This document shows, piece by piece, positions 1 to 13,100 of a stretch of 64,000 nt of DNA (position 1 is its first letter; every line of letters begins with the position of its first letter). The translations under genes and the position numbers were made by a program. The notes under the pieces are model-generated. The model was given only the letters and a program-made list of their open reading frames with translations. It had not been told where the DNA came from and did no database searches. Source of the stretch: Octopus vulgaris (Eukaryota); NCBI GenBank assembly GCA_951406725.2, contig OX597832.1, positions 69,440,001 to 69,504,000 of the forward strand. Direction: 5' to 3'.

Positions 1-288
1 CCGAAAGAATAAAAGGCAAATCTGACTTTAGCAGCATTTGACTTCATACCGCAATGCACTCGAACAAATAGAGCAACGCATTTTCTCTGATGCTCTTATA
101 TTTATGCAAGCAAGCGCGCACACACTTCTCGTCTTCTCCGAAGGAACGACAGTCATGGCATCCGTACACGATGTAATAAGATGATAAACGTGAAATGCCC
201 CTCGTCTGTTTGTAACAGTGAGTGCTTTCTTATTGCGGATTATTACGATCATCTCTCCCTCTCACACAGAGAGTGTATGTATATATAC

Positions 289-342
<54 letters not shown>

Positions 343-834
343 AAATTTAATGCACATACGCACAAGAACACACATACACGTCTATACAGACATCTGTATG
401 TGTGTGTGTCTATATATATATATATGTATAAAGAGAGAGAGACCCACCACACATACACACACACACACACACACACGTGTGTATATCCTTCAGTTTTCTT
501 CTTCTCAACATGCAGACGTTGAATAACTTATTCAGCCCAAGGATACTATTTTCTTTGTAGCTCAAGTTTTACTTTTATAACACGTTGCCAACATGTTATA
601 TGCAATTGATTAGATTTTTACTCCTCCCCTTCTCTTCCTCTTCCTTCACCTCCACCCACAATTCCTCCTCTTCTTTCTTCTCTGGTCGTTGTTCATCTTA
701 TTTTCCTTCTTCCTCTTCTTTCTCTTTTCCTTCTTTTCATTCTTCCATATATCTCTTGAAACGAATCAGAAGACCAACATAGTGCTTTATATATCCTCGT
801 CGAAAAAGGCTTAGATAAAAGGTAGAGAGAGAGA

Positions 835-894
<60 letters not shown>

Positions 895-1236
895 CAAGTA
901 TGTATGTATACGTATATACGTGTATATATGTGTGCATATGTTTGCATGTATGTGCGTTTACACCTTGCTAGAGGAGTGCGTATGTGTGTATTTGCTAACG
1001 TCAGGCATACAAACAGATAGGATAGTGAAGGGTAGAAGAACGGGAGATAAAACTGAAGGGGAGAGGGAAAAGACAGATTCCGAATAGAAAAATAAAAGGG
1101 GGAGGTAAATACATGCAGGTATGCATACATATACGCACACTTAGATATAGATATATACACACTATCTCACACACATATACATATACGCATGTATGATATA
1201 TGTATATGTGTATATGCATGTATCACTTTGTATCAG

Positions 1237-1282
<46 letters not shown>

Positions 1283-1624
1283 TTAGAAGTATGTGTGAAT
1301 GCATGTGTGTATGTATGACTGCGTGATCACGATATCACTCGTATTAGAAGGGGAGGCACACTGATTCCCTTTAGAGAAAATACAGCAGATTTTGAAGAAT
1401 GACTTTCAAATGCTAGAAGAATGTATAAATGCATAGGACTCCGTTGCAATGAATACCTAAGTACAGACATATGCGTGTGTGTATGTGCGTATGCATATAT
1501 ATATATATGCACACACGTACAGATATGCACACGCACACACACACACACATATATATATATATACACACACACGTTTGTCATTGCAAGATAAAACATTGCA
1601 TAAAGAGTACGCACACACACACAC

Positions 1625-1628
<4 letters not shown>

Positions 1629-1688
<60 letters not shown>

Positions 1689-1955
1689 ATATATATATAC
1701 ATATGTATATATATTATGTATATATTCATATATATATATATGAGTATATATATATTATATATATATATATATTCATATATATATGTACATATGTATACAT
1801 ATTCATATATTTATATATATATATATATTCATATATATATGTACATATGTATACATATTCATATATTTATATATATATATATATATGTAAATATGTATTA
1901 TATATATTCATATACATGCATAAACTGTATATATATATATATATATATATATACG
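1629..1955. repeat. Compound (TA)n / TATATTCA low-complexity microsatellite
   Basis: Near-continuous TA dinucleotide tract with recurring ATATTCAT and GTACAT interruptions; source of the YIYI artefact ORFs. Confidence 0.95.
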
Positions 1956-2060
1956 CACACACACACACGCGCGTAAGTATGTATTTATTATCCAAGAAGC
2001 TATAGTAATTCAATGGCAAATAGTTCCGTGCCAACGTAATTATTATTCGCACGAAACAAA

Positions 2061-2076
2061 ATCCATCCATCCATCC

Positions 2077-2172
<96 letters not shown>
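2061..2172. repeat. (ATCC)n-(ATCT)n tetranucleotide microsatellite
   Basis: atccatccat... switching to perfect atctatct... repeats. Confidence 0.97.
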
Positions 2173-2173
<1 letters not shown>

Positions 2174-3113
2174 GTTGTCTGCCTACCCATTTTCCTCCTC
2201 CTCTACTACTACTAATGATAACAAGAACAACAACACGAAAGACGACCACGACTGCAATAACAACATCAAGACGAGATATTTTCCAAATTGTCAGAAACAC
2301 ATTTTATGGTGAAATTATAATAAAGAACTCAAAACATTTGCATGGAAACATGTTTTCGTTACATTGAAATGCTTACAACCATTGCAGCTGATATGTCATG
2401 TTTAATGCTTTTATTTAATGTTAAGTTCGGTACTCTAAGCTTTTGCTACCTCCCACCCAAAAGATTTGACATCACAGAGTTTGGTGATATTTTTCGATGT
2501 TACGTTTCGGGTTTATATTAAGCAGCAGATTAATGTTATAAACATTTGTTGAGAAACAGTATAATGTATATGTTACGTGAATATTTAGAAAAATAAAAAA
2601 AATATTTAAGAAATGTAGTTGAGACGCGTGGCAAAACATGTAAATTAGGCCAAAAATTATGGCAAAAATATTTTATTTTACATTAGTTTAATATATATTT
2701 CAGAAAAGATTCTCCTTATGAAATAGACGATAGAAAATCAAGCCAAATCTTCCCACATAAACAATAGATGCGTTAAAGAACCCATATACGTAAATACGAT
2801 ATCTTGTTTTCGATTTATTGGCACCACCTTAAAAGCTTGCCTAACTTGTTTTGCATAAAGCTTGTTATAAAAATATATAATTTTCATATTTCATTGCTTC
2901 AACAAGAATACATAGATACATAAACATATATTTTGAATACGCATATGTATCAAGGAAACACAGACATATCTATATATGCACATACGTACTCATCGATAGA
3001 TGTACACATACATGCGCGAATGCACACACACTCATACACAAACATATATTCATAAAAATAGACGCATACATAAATGCAAATATATATGTATACATATATA
3101 AATATATGCATAC

Positions 3114-3264
3114 GCGTAGGCACAGTATGGCCGTATGGTTAAATTACCTTCGTAACCATGAATTCTACTGCCTGGTATATCGAGCAAATTTCATTTTCCA
3201 AGAGATAAGATCGCCACTGCCTTATGAAAGGGTATTTCGATACATGGAAACTGTGTTGAATCCT
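3114..3264 (+). mobile_element. Degenerate 5' part of SINE family 1
   Basis: gcgtagg..ggccgtatggttaa head and ..ggaaactg.. align loosely with the better-preserved copies at 6075-6524 and 24416-24791. Confidence 0.5.
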
Positions 3265-3365
3265 TTCTTCTGTTAATTCTGCTGTATTTTGTCATTTCTT
3301 ATATAAAGTTATTTAACAGCCTTAATATTATCGCTTACTCTTTACATGTATCCCTTATATTTATT

Positions 3366-3568
3366 AAGGCGGCGAGATGGCAGAATCGTGACACAGTGCT
3401 GAGTCACATTCTTTCCGGTTCTTTACGATCACAGTTCAAATGCCACCGACGTCAATATTGTCATTTAACCTCTCGGGATCGATAAAATATGCACCAGCGA
3501 AATATTAGTACCAGTATCATTCGACACGTCCCTCTTCCAAAGATTTCCGGTTTTGTGTCGACGGTAAA
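3366..3568 (+). mobile_element. Degenerate SINE family 2
   Basis: aaggcggcgagatggcagaatcgt head, gttcaaat B-box-like motif and ctctcgggatcgataaaatatgcaccag body match copies at 38146-38702 and 63041-63378. Confidence 0.7.
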
Positions 3569-3866
3569 GTAACCAATACTTATATATCACTTTGATAATC
3601 ATAGACTTAAGTCCCTTAGTTTTATAACGTTTATATAATCAACATTAACGTTAATGTTTGTAATATTACATTTAATCCTTCCTTCAATTATTTCTTGGTT
3701 GATGTTTTTGGTGACTGAGAACATTGGTCATTGTAGATAGGTCACACTCACACAAGTTGCTCTGGAATGAAGTATGGAGTGAAGTATGTCGAGCCGAAGC
3801 ATGGCGCGTTTTCCTCTTTTTCGTTTGTCCTCCATTTTTGAGCGTAAATATGCATATCTCTTATAT

Positions 3867-4058
3867 TTTACTTGTTTGTCATTAAGCTGCGGCCATGCTG
3901 GGGCACCGTCTTAAAGCGTTTACTCGAACAGGAACTCAGTACTTATTTTAAAGTCTAGCATGTATCATAAGAATATATTCGCCCTAGGTGAGCATTGGAA
4001 CTAGAAACCACATGCTTATCAAACAAGCTTTTTACTCACACAGCCCTACCCGTGCCCA
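3867..4058 (-). mobile_element. Degenerate, internally deleted SINE family 1
   Basis: ttacttgtttgtcattaagctgcggccatgctggggcaccgtc matches the family 3' end; tttactcacacagccctacccgtgccc matches the reverse-complemented head. Confidence 0.7.
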
Positions 4059-4583
4059 TGTGTATATCAAGATTATTTTATTCTTAACATTTAATAAAAA
4101 GACGCAGAGAAAAAATATCTTTTGAGTCAAAGGATAAAAATGTTGGTTGCTTCGGTTTCAGTTTTATAATACACAACCAACGTGTTTAATCCAATTGATT
4201 AGTTTTTAAGCTTTTCCTTTTTTTGCTTTGCTTCTTTTGCTTCGAGTAAATATCATCTGAACGGATTGTGTAGATCAACGTAGTTGCTTATTTATAGAGT
4301 TGCGAAAAATAACAGCTGAATTAGATCGTATATGTACATGTCATGCACACACATACACTCATACATGCGAGAACATGTGCATAGACGCACACACTGAAAA
4401 GGAAATAAAGAGAAAAGGAGGAAGAGGGAAAGAAATCTGGAGAGAAAGAGAAAATGTGTGGGATGACGAAAAACAAATACAGAGAAAATGGAAGAATAAA
4501 ATTAGGAATAGAATATATATATATATATATAAAAATATATATGGCTATGTGTGTGCGTGTGTACACGTTGTAAATATGTATGT

Positions 4584-4626
<43 letters not shown>

Positions 4627-5547
4627 CACATTTATACACACACATGTATATATATGTATGTATACACTTATACACACATGTCTATCTCTCTATATGTATG
4701 TATATATATGTATATATATTTGTATATACATACATGCACATATTTGCCGATGCTAGGTGCTGTAAATCTTGTTCTACACACCTCGCAAACGTTAGAGTGG
4801 ATCACGAAACCAGGAAATCGCTATAAAATACACGAAAGAACTTTCAATCAATACTTAAACACGAGAATAACATTACCTCCAGTCAAACTCTTCGAATTTC
4901 TCTTTTCTTGTTCTTCTTCTTCCTCTCATCCCCTTTGTTCTTTTACTGTTTATCCTTTCCTTCTACGACTCTCCTTTATTCTGTGAGGATTTTCTATTCG
5001 GTATGCTCACATGTAATAACATTTAAATCTGGAATGCCTTCTAAAAGCCCTGCTTGTAGAACCTCAAAAGAGGTACGAGCTTTTAGATAATCATGTGAGA
5101 TAAATTTGTTCTTTCTCCTTCACGTTTGTTGCTGGTTTATCGCAGGTTACGGAAAAAAGAGAGAGAATCGAATAGTGGGTACTTTCTTTTCATTCATTTC
5201 ATTCGCCTTTTACGAAGAAGAGCGTCGTAAGTTTCATATCTACAATGATGTCGATCACTGAATGGTTCACCGCATTTTCAAAGGCAATTCAGGCGTGACG
5301 GTAGATATATTACTAGGAATTTTCTCTACACATAAACACATAGATACATTAACAGATGCAAACACATTAGACACGCAAATACGGCCCCCACTCATTCACA
5401 CACACGTATGTGTGTGTATGTATGCATATATGTGTGTGCGCATAGATAAATGTCACTGTATCACTAGATCGACCAGACAATCAGATGTTATCCCTACCGC
5501 TCGTCAAACTGCGCTTCAAATACTTTCTTGATTGTGCCCTTTTTAAT

Positions 5548-5745
<198 letters not shown>

Positions 5746-5809
5746 GAGACATATCTATAAGCATACACATATATTCACAGATGTATAAGCGTACAGAAAG
5801 ACACACACA

Positions 5810-5971
5810 CGACGGGATTCTTTTAGTTTCTGTGTGCCAGACCACTGATAATGTTTTGGTCAGCCCGAGGCTATAGTACAAGATACCTGCCAACGGTGCG
5901 ACGCAGTGGGATTGGACCCGGAATCATGTGTTTGGTAAGCAAACTTCTTACCACACAGACACGCCTGCGCC
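5810..5971 (-). mobile_element. 5' half of SINE family 1
   Basis: gcccgaggctatagta..gcagtgggattggacccggaatcatgtgtttggtaagc..ttaccacacagacacgcctgcgcc parallels 6365-6524. Confidence 0.85.
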
Positions 5972-6074
5972 TATATATAAGAGTTTTGCTTAATCAGTTA
6001 CAAAATTTAAAAACTACAATACTGTTTAAGACTTCGGTGCATTTTCAAACGCCAGACCCAATTCTCCTACATAT

Positions 6075-6307
6075 CTCTTTTACTCTTTTACTTGTTTTAA
6101 TCATTTGACTGCGGCCATGCTGGAGCACCGTCTTTAGTCGAGCGAATCGACCCCAGGACTTATTCTTTGTAAGTCTAGTACTTATTCTATCAGTCTTTTT
6201 TTGCCGAACCGCTAAGTTACGAGGACGGAAACACACCAGCATCGGTTGTCAAGCGATGTTGGGGAGGCAAACACAGACATACAAACATATACACACACAT
6301 ACATACA

Positions 6308-6363
<56 letters not shown>

Positions 6364-6524
6364 AAGGGCTTCTTTCAGTTTCCGTCTACCAAATCCACTC
6401 ACAAGGCTTTGGTCGGCCCGAGGCTATAGTAGAAGACACTTGCGCAAGGTGCCGCGCAGTGGGAATGAACCCGGAACCATGTGGTTGGTAAGCAAGGTAC
6501 TTACCACACAGCCACTCCTACGCC
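6075..6524 (-). mobile_element. Full-length tRNA-derived SINE family 1 (CORE-like domain, internal (TA)n)
   Basis: The minus strand reads GGCGTAGGAGTGGCTGTGTGGTAAG (A-box-like), GGGTTCATTCCC (B-box-like), GGCACCTTGCGCAAGTGTCTT (CORE-like), an internal microsatellite and ..CCAGCATGGCCGCAGTCAAATGA..GTAAAAGAGTAAAAGAG tail. Several copies occur in the window. Confidence 0.92.
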
Positions 6525-6726
6525 TATATATATATATATGTGTGAGTGTGAATATATGTAAGTATGCATGTAAGTATGTGTGTGTGTTTAGATAATATAT
6601 AAGAGTAAATTGTGCAAACCTTATGTGGTACATGACTCAATTGGTTAAATAGAGTGAGATACACGTGAACAGACCAGCTAGAGGTAAAATTCAGACTTTA
6701 GAGTTTGGCAAAATATAGGGGAGGGA

Positions 6727-7452
6727 GTCAGAGCAGAGAGGGAGGTCGCTCACGAAGAAAGTGACTTACACGTCTTCTGCAGCATTATGAGTGGGTGTTG
6801 AAACAACTAATGAATCACTCAAACATGGATGTGATATGTCTTGGTTTTGGAAAGGCCTTTGATAAGATCTATCATGAGATAATATGTCACAAGCTACGGC
6901 TCCTCGTCATAGTCGGAAAACTGGTAGAGTGGTTAAATGACTTCTGAAAAGACAAATCCTACGCTGTGGCAGCCAATGAGGACTTTTCCAAAGACGGAAT
7001 AATAGCGGGTAGAGTGCCTCAGAGAACTGTCTTGGGGCCGCTGCTGGTTTTGGAGACTCTTTCGGACATAGTATCAGTCAGGCAATCACACTTATTAGCT
7101 ATACCTACGACACAAAAGTAATACCAGCAGGCAAAGCCCCTTCCGATGTTAATCAACAGAAAGACCTAGGCGCTGAAAGAAAATCAACATGCAATATATT
7201 GCAGGGAAATTCCAAGACCTCCTCTGTCAAGTAGCTAGTGTTCACAAGCCGCGCCAACGATACTGAGGACCAAAAGTAGCAGCAACGAACAGAATCAAGT
7301 ACAATGCGTGATGAGAAACAACGCTTCGTTTTAGGTGCATATCACTAAGATGGTGGCATTGAGCAGGCGAATGGCCGGATGAATTCTGAGAACTTTCAAA
7401 GTAAAGGACCAGGAAACTATATTGGTTCTATGGAGGACATATGTCCTCTTCC
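6727..7452 (+). pseudogene. Decayed CR1/Jockey-group LINE reverse transcriptase fragment
   Basis: Manual translation: LLQHYEWVLKQLMNHSNMDVICLGFGKAFDKIYHEIICHKL, RVPQRTVLGPLL (cf. GVPQGTVLGPLLF), SYTYDTKV (cf. YADDTK), G*ILRTFKVKDQETILVLWRTYVL; contains stops and frameshifts. Confidence 0.85.
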
Positions 7453-7680
7453 TCAAAGCAGGTAGCAATGCCAAACTCCGTCCTTCGCCGAAAGACAATC
7501 GCATTAGAATGGCCATTGAAAAGTTGATTGATTACACTGGCAGCCAGCGCACCAGCAAGGCCGCAGCCTTTGAGCTGAAACGCTTATAGAATAAAAAAAT
7601 GTATGTATGTGTGTGGGTGTGTCTGTGCGTGTATATATGTATATATATACTCAGGCACACACACACGCATATGTATCCAC

Positions 7681-7730
<50 letters not shown>

Positions 7731-7733
<3 letters not shown>

Positions 7734-7890
7734 GGAGTAAACACATAAATGTGAAACAAGGTGGAAAAAAGAGTACTCAAATACCAGTGGTAGAGTAATA
7801 TGCTTTATTTTAAGCAGCAGAAAATTCAACAAAATCTGTTACTCTGAGTTTCTCGTTGCCGTTCATCAGACAGTTTTTGCTAGAATGGAA
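7731..7890 (-). mobile_element. Penelope-like element pseudo-LTR remnant
   Basis: Short unique segment abutting a (TA)n tract and carrying a minimal hammerhead motif, as is typical of PLE termini. Confidence 0.6.
7831..7877 (-). ncRNA. Minimal type I hammerhead ribozyme (intact core)
   Basis: Minus strand: aaaactgt CUGAUGA a cg-gcaa-cg a GAAAC ucaga GUA acagauuuu. Stem I cugu/acag plus aaaa/uuuu; helix III ACUC-A-GAGU. Confidence 0.8.
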
Positions 7891-8569
7891 CTTATATATT
7901 AATTCAATCTATACTCTTACAAACGCTACACCTTTAAAAAGAAATGGACTTGTTTGATTGGCCCTTTAGAAAAAACGGTCAATCTTCGAGCGATAAACAA
8001 AAAGATCAAAAATATATGTATATATATATAAAAAAACTTATAAAAATTATAAAATCCGAGGAAAAACCGAGGAAAAAACCTATTGCCGTTAATGAAGACA
8101 GTGCAAATTAATGCATATAAATTAAACCTGTTATAAATACTGCAATACATATTTATATTAAAATCTACATATATATATCAACATACACAAAAGGATGCGC
8201 GTAAACGCCATACATACATATACAGACGTATGAATATGAATCTAAATATACACATAAAAGCATGTGTACATATATTCACGCAAACCGTCTCGCACGCAAG
8301 CTAAAATTCATCTATGTAGCAATTCTCATATACTGAGCAAGGAGGGGGAACGAAAGAAAGGGAGAGAGAGAAAAAGGAACGAAGGAGGGGTGGGGAAAAA
8401 ACTTGTAACGATGTTATTGGCATCTATAGAGACCAGTATACATACACAAGTTTGAATGGATACATATACATACCGTCGTGTATATGTGTGCTTAAGCACA
8501 AGCATACTTTCACTTACACATACACAGATACGCATGCTTACAAATACATATGCTTTGCTATACATATAT

Positions 8570-9360
8570 ATATCTAGTTAAATTGATTCACAAAATCAGT
8601 TCCCTTTAATTTTCCCTCAGATTGCTTTCAATTTCGGTGTATCAATGCAACTCTGAATTTTGATTACGACCAACCAATTACTTTATCTCGTGAATTAAAG
8701 AATCAGACGTTATTTAGAATTAAAGCTGGGAAAATTTGGGTAATTTTAGCCTATCAGCAGACTGCGAGGTATTAACAGCTTGTTACCATGACAACCGCAC
8801 GTTGTGTTGTGGTTCATCTCACCCGCACGTTGTGCTGTGTTGATTCTTCATACCACGAGGTTTACTTCACCACGTGTTTTAATAAAAAATGAAGGACACA
8901 TTAAATAATGTTGCCCTACGTCTTCAATAAAAATATAGAATGGCTCATTCTGGCCTGACCTGGGTTTAAACTGAAAGGTATTCGCTGCAACGAATGTAAA
9001 CACAGATAAACTTCACGAAATATGTATAAAATTTATGAAAAATTTTAAAGACAATTGACGGAAATAAAATTCTAATTGATAAATATGAATTTTTTTATCA
9101 AAGCAAAACATACGGGTGAAGTAAACCTCGTGGTATGAAGAATCAACACAACCCAAGGTGCGGTCATGGTAACAAGCCGTTAATACCTCGCTGTCTGTTG
9201 ATTGGCTAAAATTACCCAACATCAGATCCTTTAATTTACGAGATAAAGTAAATGGTTGATCACAATCAAAATTCAGAGTCGCATCGATTCACTTAAATTC
9301 AAAGCAATCAGAGGAAAAATTAAAGGGGGCTGATTTTGTGAATCAATTTAACCAGATCAG
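8570..9360. mobile_element. Foldback/MITE-like element with ~270-320 bp inverted arms
   Basis: 8570-8890 is the diverged reverse complement of 9090-9358 (e.g. gttaaattgattcacaaaatcag / ctgattttgtgaatcaatttaac; gttgattcttcataccacgaggtttacttcacc / ggtgaagtaaacctcgtggtatgaagaatcaac); TA runs on both flanks. Confidence 0.85.
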
Positions 9361-9447
9361 TGTATATATATCTGTGTGTGTGTGTGTGTGTGTGCGTGCG
9401 TGTATTTCTTTATGTGTGTGTGTGTGAGAGAGAGTGAGAGATGGGGG

Positions 9448-9500
<53 letters not shown>

Positions 9501-9501
<1 letters not shown>

Positions 9502-9897
9502 TAGCAGTATCGCCCGGCGTTGCTCGGGTTTGTAAGGGAAATAACTATATAAGCATTTTTAGAGAGTTATAGGCAAAATATAGCAAAAAAATGCATTAAA
9601 AATGAAAAAAAAATTATGGTAAATTTTTTTTAAAATCGTTGACTCATCGTAGACATTTTTAGAGAGTTACTTCCCTTATATAATAGCAAAAAATGCATTA
9701 AAATGGAAAAAAATTATGGTAAATTTTTTTTTAAATCGTAGACTCATCGTAGACGCGCGCTAATACCCAGAAGGGCTCGATATGAATCACGACTATAAGA
9801 AACCCGCTTTTGGTTAAACTGCACCGCAAAATGTGGGAGTAGTTAGGAATCTAAATCGTAGGAGACAGACACACAACTTGACTTTTATATATAAAGA
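9501..9897 (-). mobile_element. Complete non-autonomous Helitron
   Basis: The minus strand starts TC(TTTATATATAAAAG) and ends with the hairpin CCCGAGCAACGCCGGG followed by CTAG. Inserted between A and T with no TSD; ~100 bp internal tandem duplication (9553-9653 / 9654-9753). Confidence 0.88.
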
Positions 9898-10469
9898 TAT
9901 ATATATATATATATTTATATATTTTTACATACGCACATTTTCTCCATTCTCTCTCTCCCCCATCTCTCTCTCTCTTACACACACACACGAGGAAGTTGAC
10001 AGAATTAGAACCAAACCTGGATCTCACTAAAAATTCACTGGGAAGACAGCAGAAGACAAAGCACCTGCACTCTGGTTGTGTTGTCATCGAACAGATGATA
10101 AATGATAAATAGCTTTGATACATTAATGTGTGTGCGTGTGTGTGTGTGTATGTGTGTGTGTATATGTGTTGTGTGTGTATGCGGGCGTGCACTGTAGAGT
10201 TGAAATTTTTGATATTCATTGAATCAAAGTGTTTGTGTGTATATAACGAGAGAGAGAGAGAGAGAGAAAGTACAACGAAGATAATCAACAACGTCACATA
10301 TCTTGAAGTGTAATTTGTTTTTAAATGATAGTTGTGATTTATCTCGCATCTACCAAACGTTCTCCCAAGTCTGTTTCATTTAAGATAGAGCAGAGCAGTT
10401 TATAAATTATTCTTGAGTCGAATAAACGTTTTCTGTCTTCATGATAAATAACAATTTCTAATATATATA

Positions 10470-10800
10470 TTTGTGAAGCTTGCTTTCCAAGCGAATAACT
10501 TTGGGTTCAATCCCGCTGCGCGACACTTCAGGCAAGTGTTTTCTATTATGGCATCAGGGTAGAAAAGGTTTTAGTGGATATGGTAGAAGGAAACTGAAAG
10601 AAGCTCGTCGTATGTGTGTGTGTGTGTGCGTGCATGTCCTCTCCACCACTGCTTAGTTGTTGAGTGTTTGTGTTCCAGTATTCTTGTGGGTTGGCAAAAG
10701 AAACCGGTAGAATAAGCACAATGAGTAAAACCGTAATTCATTAGGGAGTTACCCCAGCATGGGCGTAGAGCAATGACTAAAGCAAGGAAAAGCTAAAAGA
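10470..10800 (+). mobile_element. Degenerate SINE family 1
   Basis: gggttcaatcccgctgcgcgacacttcaggcaagtgttttcta..ggtagaaggaaactgaaagaagctcgtcg, internal (TG)n, and ccagcatgggcgtagagcaatgactaaagcaag tail. Confidence 0.8.
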
Positions 10801-11335
10801 TTATATTTATAAATATATATATAGAGAGAGAAAGAGCGAGAGAGAGGGGGTGGAGGGAGTGAAAGAGAGAGAGAGAGAGAGAAAGAGAGAGTCAGCAGGT
10901 GATATCCAGAGATGCTCATTATAGAAATTACGTTGTAGTGCTCAAATAATTTGAACTTACGCCTCCGAAATCTTTCTCGAGGAGGTCAATGTCGACGGGG
11001 TGAAGAGTGACCAACAGAAATTCAGGCTGATATAGAAATAGCGATGCAAATAAACAAAAGAACACGCTTGGGCTTATTGTATAAAATATACATTCGTACA
11101 TATATACACGTAAAATTGAAAATATTCAGATGAACATGCAAGTATAAGCATAAATATGTTTATATATTTACAGAAAGGTTTTATAGACAAGCCCATATAC
11201 ATATATATATATACATATATATATACATATATATATATATACATATATATATTCATAATACATACATACATTCACAATGCATCCATCCATCCATCCATCC
11301 ATCCATCCATACATACATACATACATACATACATA

Positions 11336-11960
11336 GGAGGGGAAGTCAAAAATTATCCGCGCACTCGTCATAACATATCTTTATGATTGTCACTCTGCCT
11401 TCTGTACTAGAATGCTGATAGTTGGTCCTATTGTGATCACTTCGTCCTGGCTTTACAGTATAAGCATGGCCGCTCCACCAGCAGCGTGCACTAAACAAGA
11501 ACGAAGTGCGCCGATCCGATCAACAGTGTACGATCAACAACAAAATATAGCGCTTTGCTGCCAGCAATTCGCACCAAACGCCGAAGACTATCGTCGAAGA
11601 ATATTTTGTTGTTGCATGACAATGCAAGCCCACACACGGCTGCCCAGACCATTGAAATACTTAACCAATTAATTTTTGAGGCTCTAGAACACCCGCCTAC
11701 ACTCCAGATCTCGCCTCTTCCGACTATCGTATATTTGGACCGCTCAAAGATGGTTTACGATGTCGTCGATTTCCTACCTGTGAAGATGTGAAAGAAGCGG
11801 TGCATAAATAGTTGGAAGGAATACGCAAGCTCTTGTGGACAGCTGGACCAAATGCATCGAAAATGGAGGAGATTGTACAGAAAAAGGACATACTTGTTTA
11901 TCCCCTGCTTTTGTGTAAACACTGGAAAAACAGGAGCGCGTATAATTTTAGACTCTCTCG
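11336..11960 (+). mobile_element. Internally deleted mariner (DD34D) transposon
   Basis: TIRs ggaggggaagtcaaaaattatccgcgc / gcgcgtataattttagactctctcg flanked by TA. Transposase remnant ILLLHDNASPHTA..LEHPP(Y)TPDLASSDYRIFGPLK. Confidence 0.92.
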
Positions 11961-12244
11961 TATATAGATTGATGCATACACATACGCACATATACATATT
12001 CTTTTACAAGGGAATGGTTGGCACTGATTCCAAAGTTTCGGCTTGAAACAACCTCGAAGCTACAGTTTGTTGGGTTTCTAGAAGTATACATAAAACAAAC
12101 ATATATACATACATATGTATATATGCATGTATGTACGTATGTATGTATGTATTTATGCACTATGTATGTATGTATATGCAGATTTTTATGTTTTATGCTT
12201 GCATTCTCATGCATATAGTTGCATATCTAGACATGCTCATATAT

Positions 12245-13100
12245 ATTTAAATGATAAACTTTTGGGTCCAGTGATGGCTTGGATCTGTAGTCTTCAAATT
12301 AGTTTTCTCCTTTCTGGTCCTGAGATTGGTATTTAGGCAGCGTGTTACATATCCCAGGGCCCCAATAATTACAGGCATAAACCTGAACTTCTAATCTGGA
12401 TAGACTTCTCAACAGTTCAGTATAGGTGTTCTCTTTCTCATTGATCTTCAGATTTAAGTTAACATCCACCTGGCAGCTAATTCCCACAACTGTGCACAGT
12501 ATCTCTTTATCCCAAATCATTATCTTAGGTCCGTTGTGCTTACATTTTATTGAGGTCTTCACTGGGACATTCCACCAGTATTCCTTTTTATTATGAATGG
12601 CTATGGCTTCTACCATATTGTGGATTCTTATTTCTTTGTCCTCGGTATTATCCTTCTGACGGATTTCATTATAGTGTTCGAGCTACAACATCATGTCTCG
12701 TCAGTAGATAATACCATAATGAGATTTTCGGACAACTTCTTATGATGTGGGTAATATCTTCAGTGTGAACTCCACAATGTCTGCATCGGTTGTCACATTT
12801 TACGGCTTTTTCTGCATCTCTATCCCTGTTGTGCATCAGGTATTTGTTTTGATATTTCCTTTTCATGGATTGCAAACGCAACCCCTTCAATGTGGAAAGT
12901 AGGAATCTGGCTATTGATCTATGATAAACTGCTTCTAGTAACATATCTATGCATAGTCTTCTGCCCATATAGGCTCATCCTTTCATCTGATGAAACGTTG
13001 CGGTAGAGTCGTGCGACTTCTTTGGGCATGTATTATAGGTTATCAGACAAGGAATGTTGCTCAAAGTCTTTCCAAGTCTTATGATGTTATCAGCCTCATG
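12245..13100 (-). mobile_element. 3' fragment of an R4/Dong-type (restriction-like endonuclease) LINE
   Basis: CRHCGVHTEDITHIIRSCP (CCHC knuckle), RHDVVA, and KEYWWNVPVKT..HNGPKIMIWD..VGISC..EKENTY (decayed PD-(D/E)xK region). Confidence 0.85.

Noticed and set aside
181-2070. Many overlapping ORFs rich in YI/HT/CV
   Set aside because: They are translations of (TA)n, (CA)n and (TG)n tracts. The same applies to similar ORFs throughout the window.
2495-2535. Minus-strand CTGCTGC..CCCGAAACGTAAC
   Set aside because: The core is too degenerate and there is no stem II.
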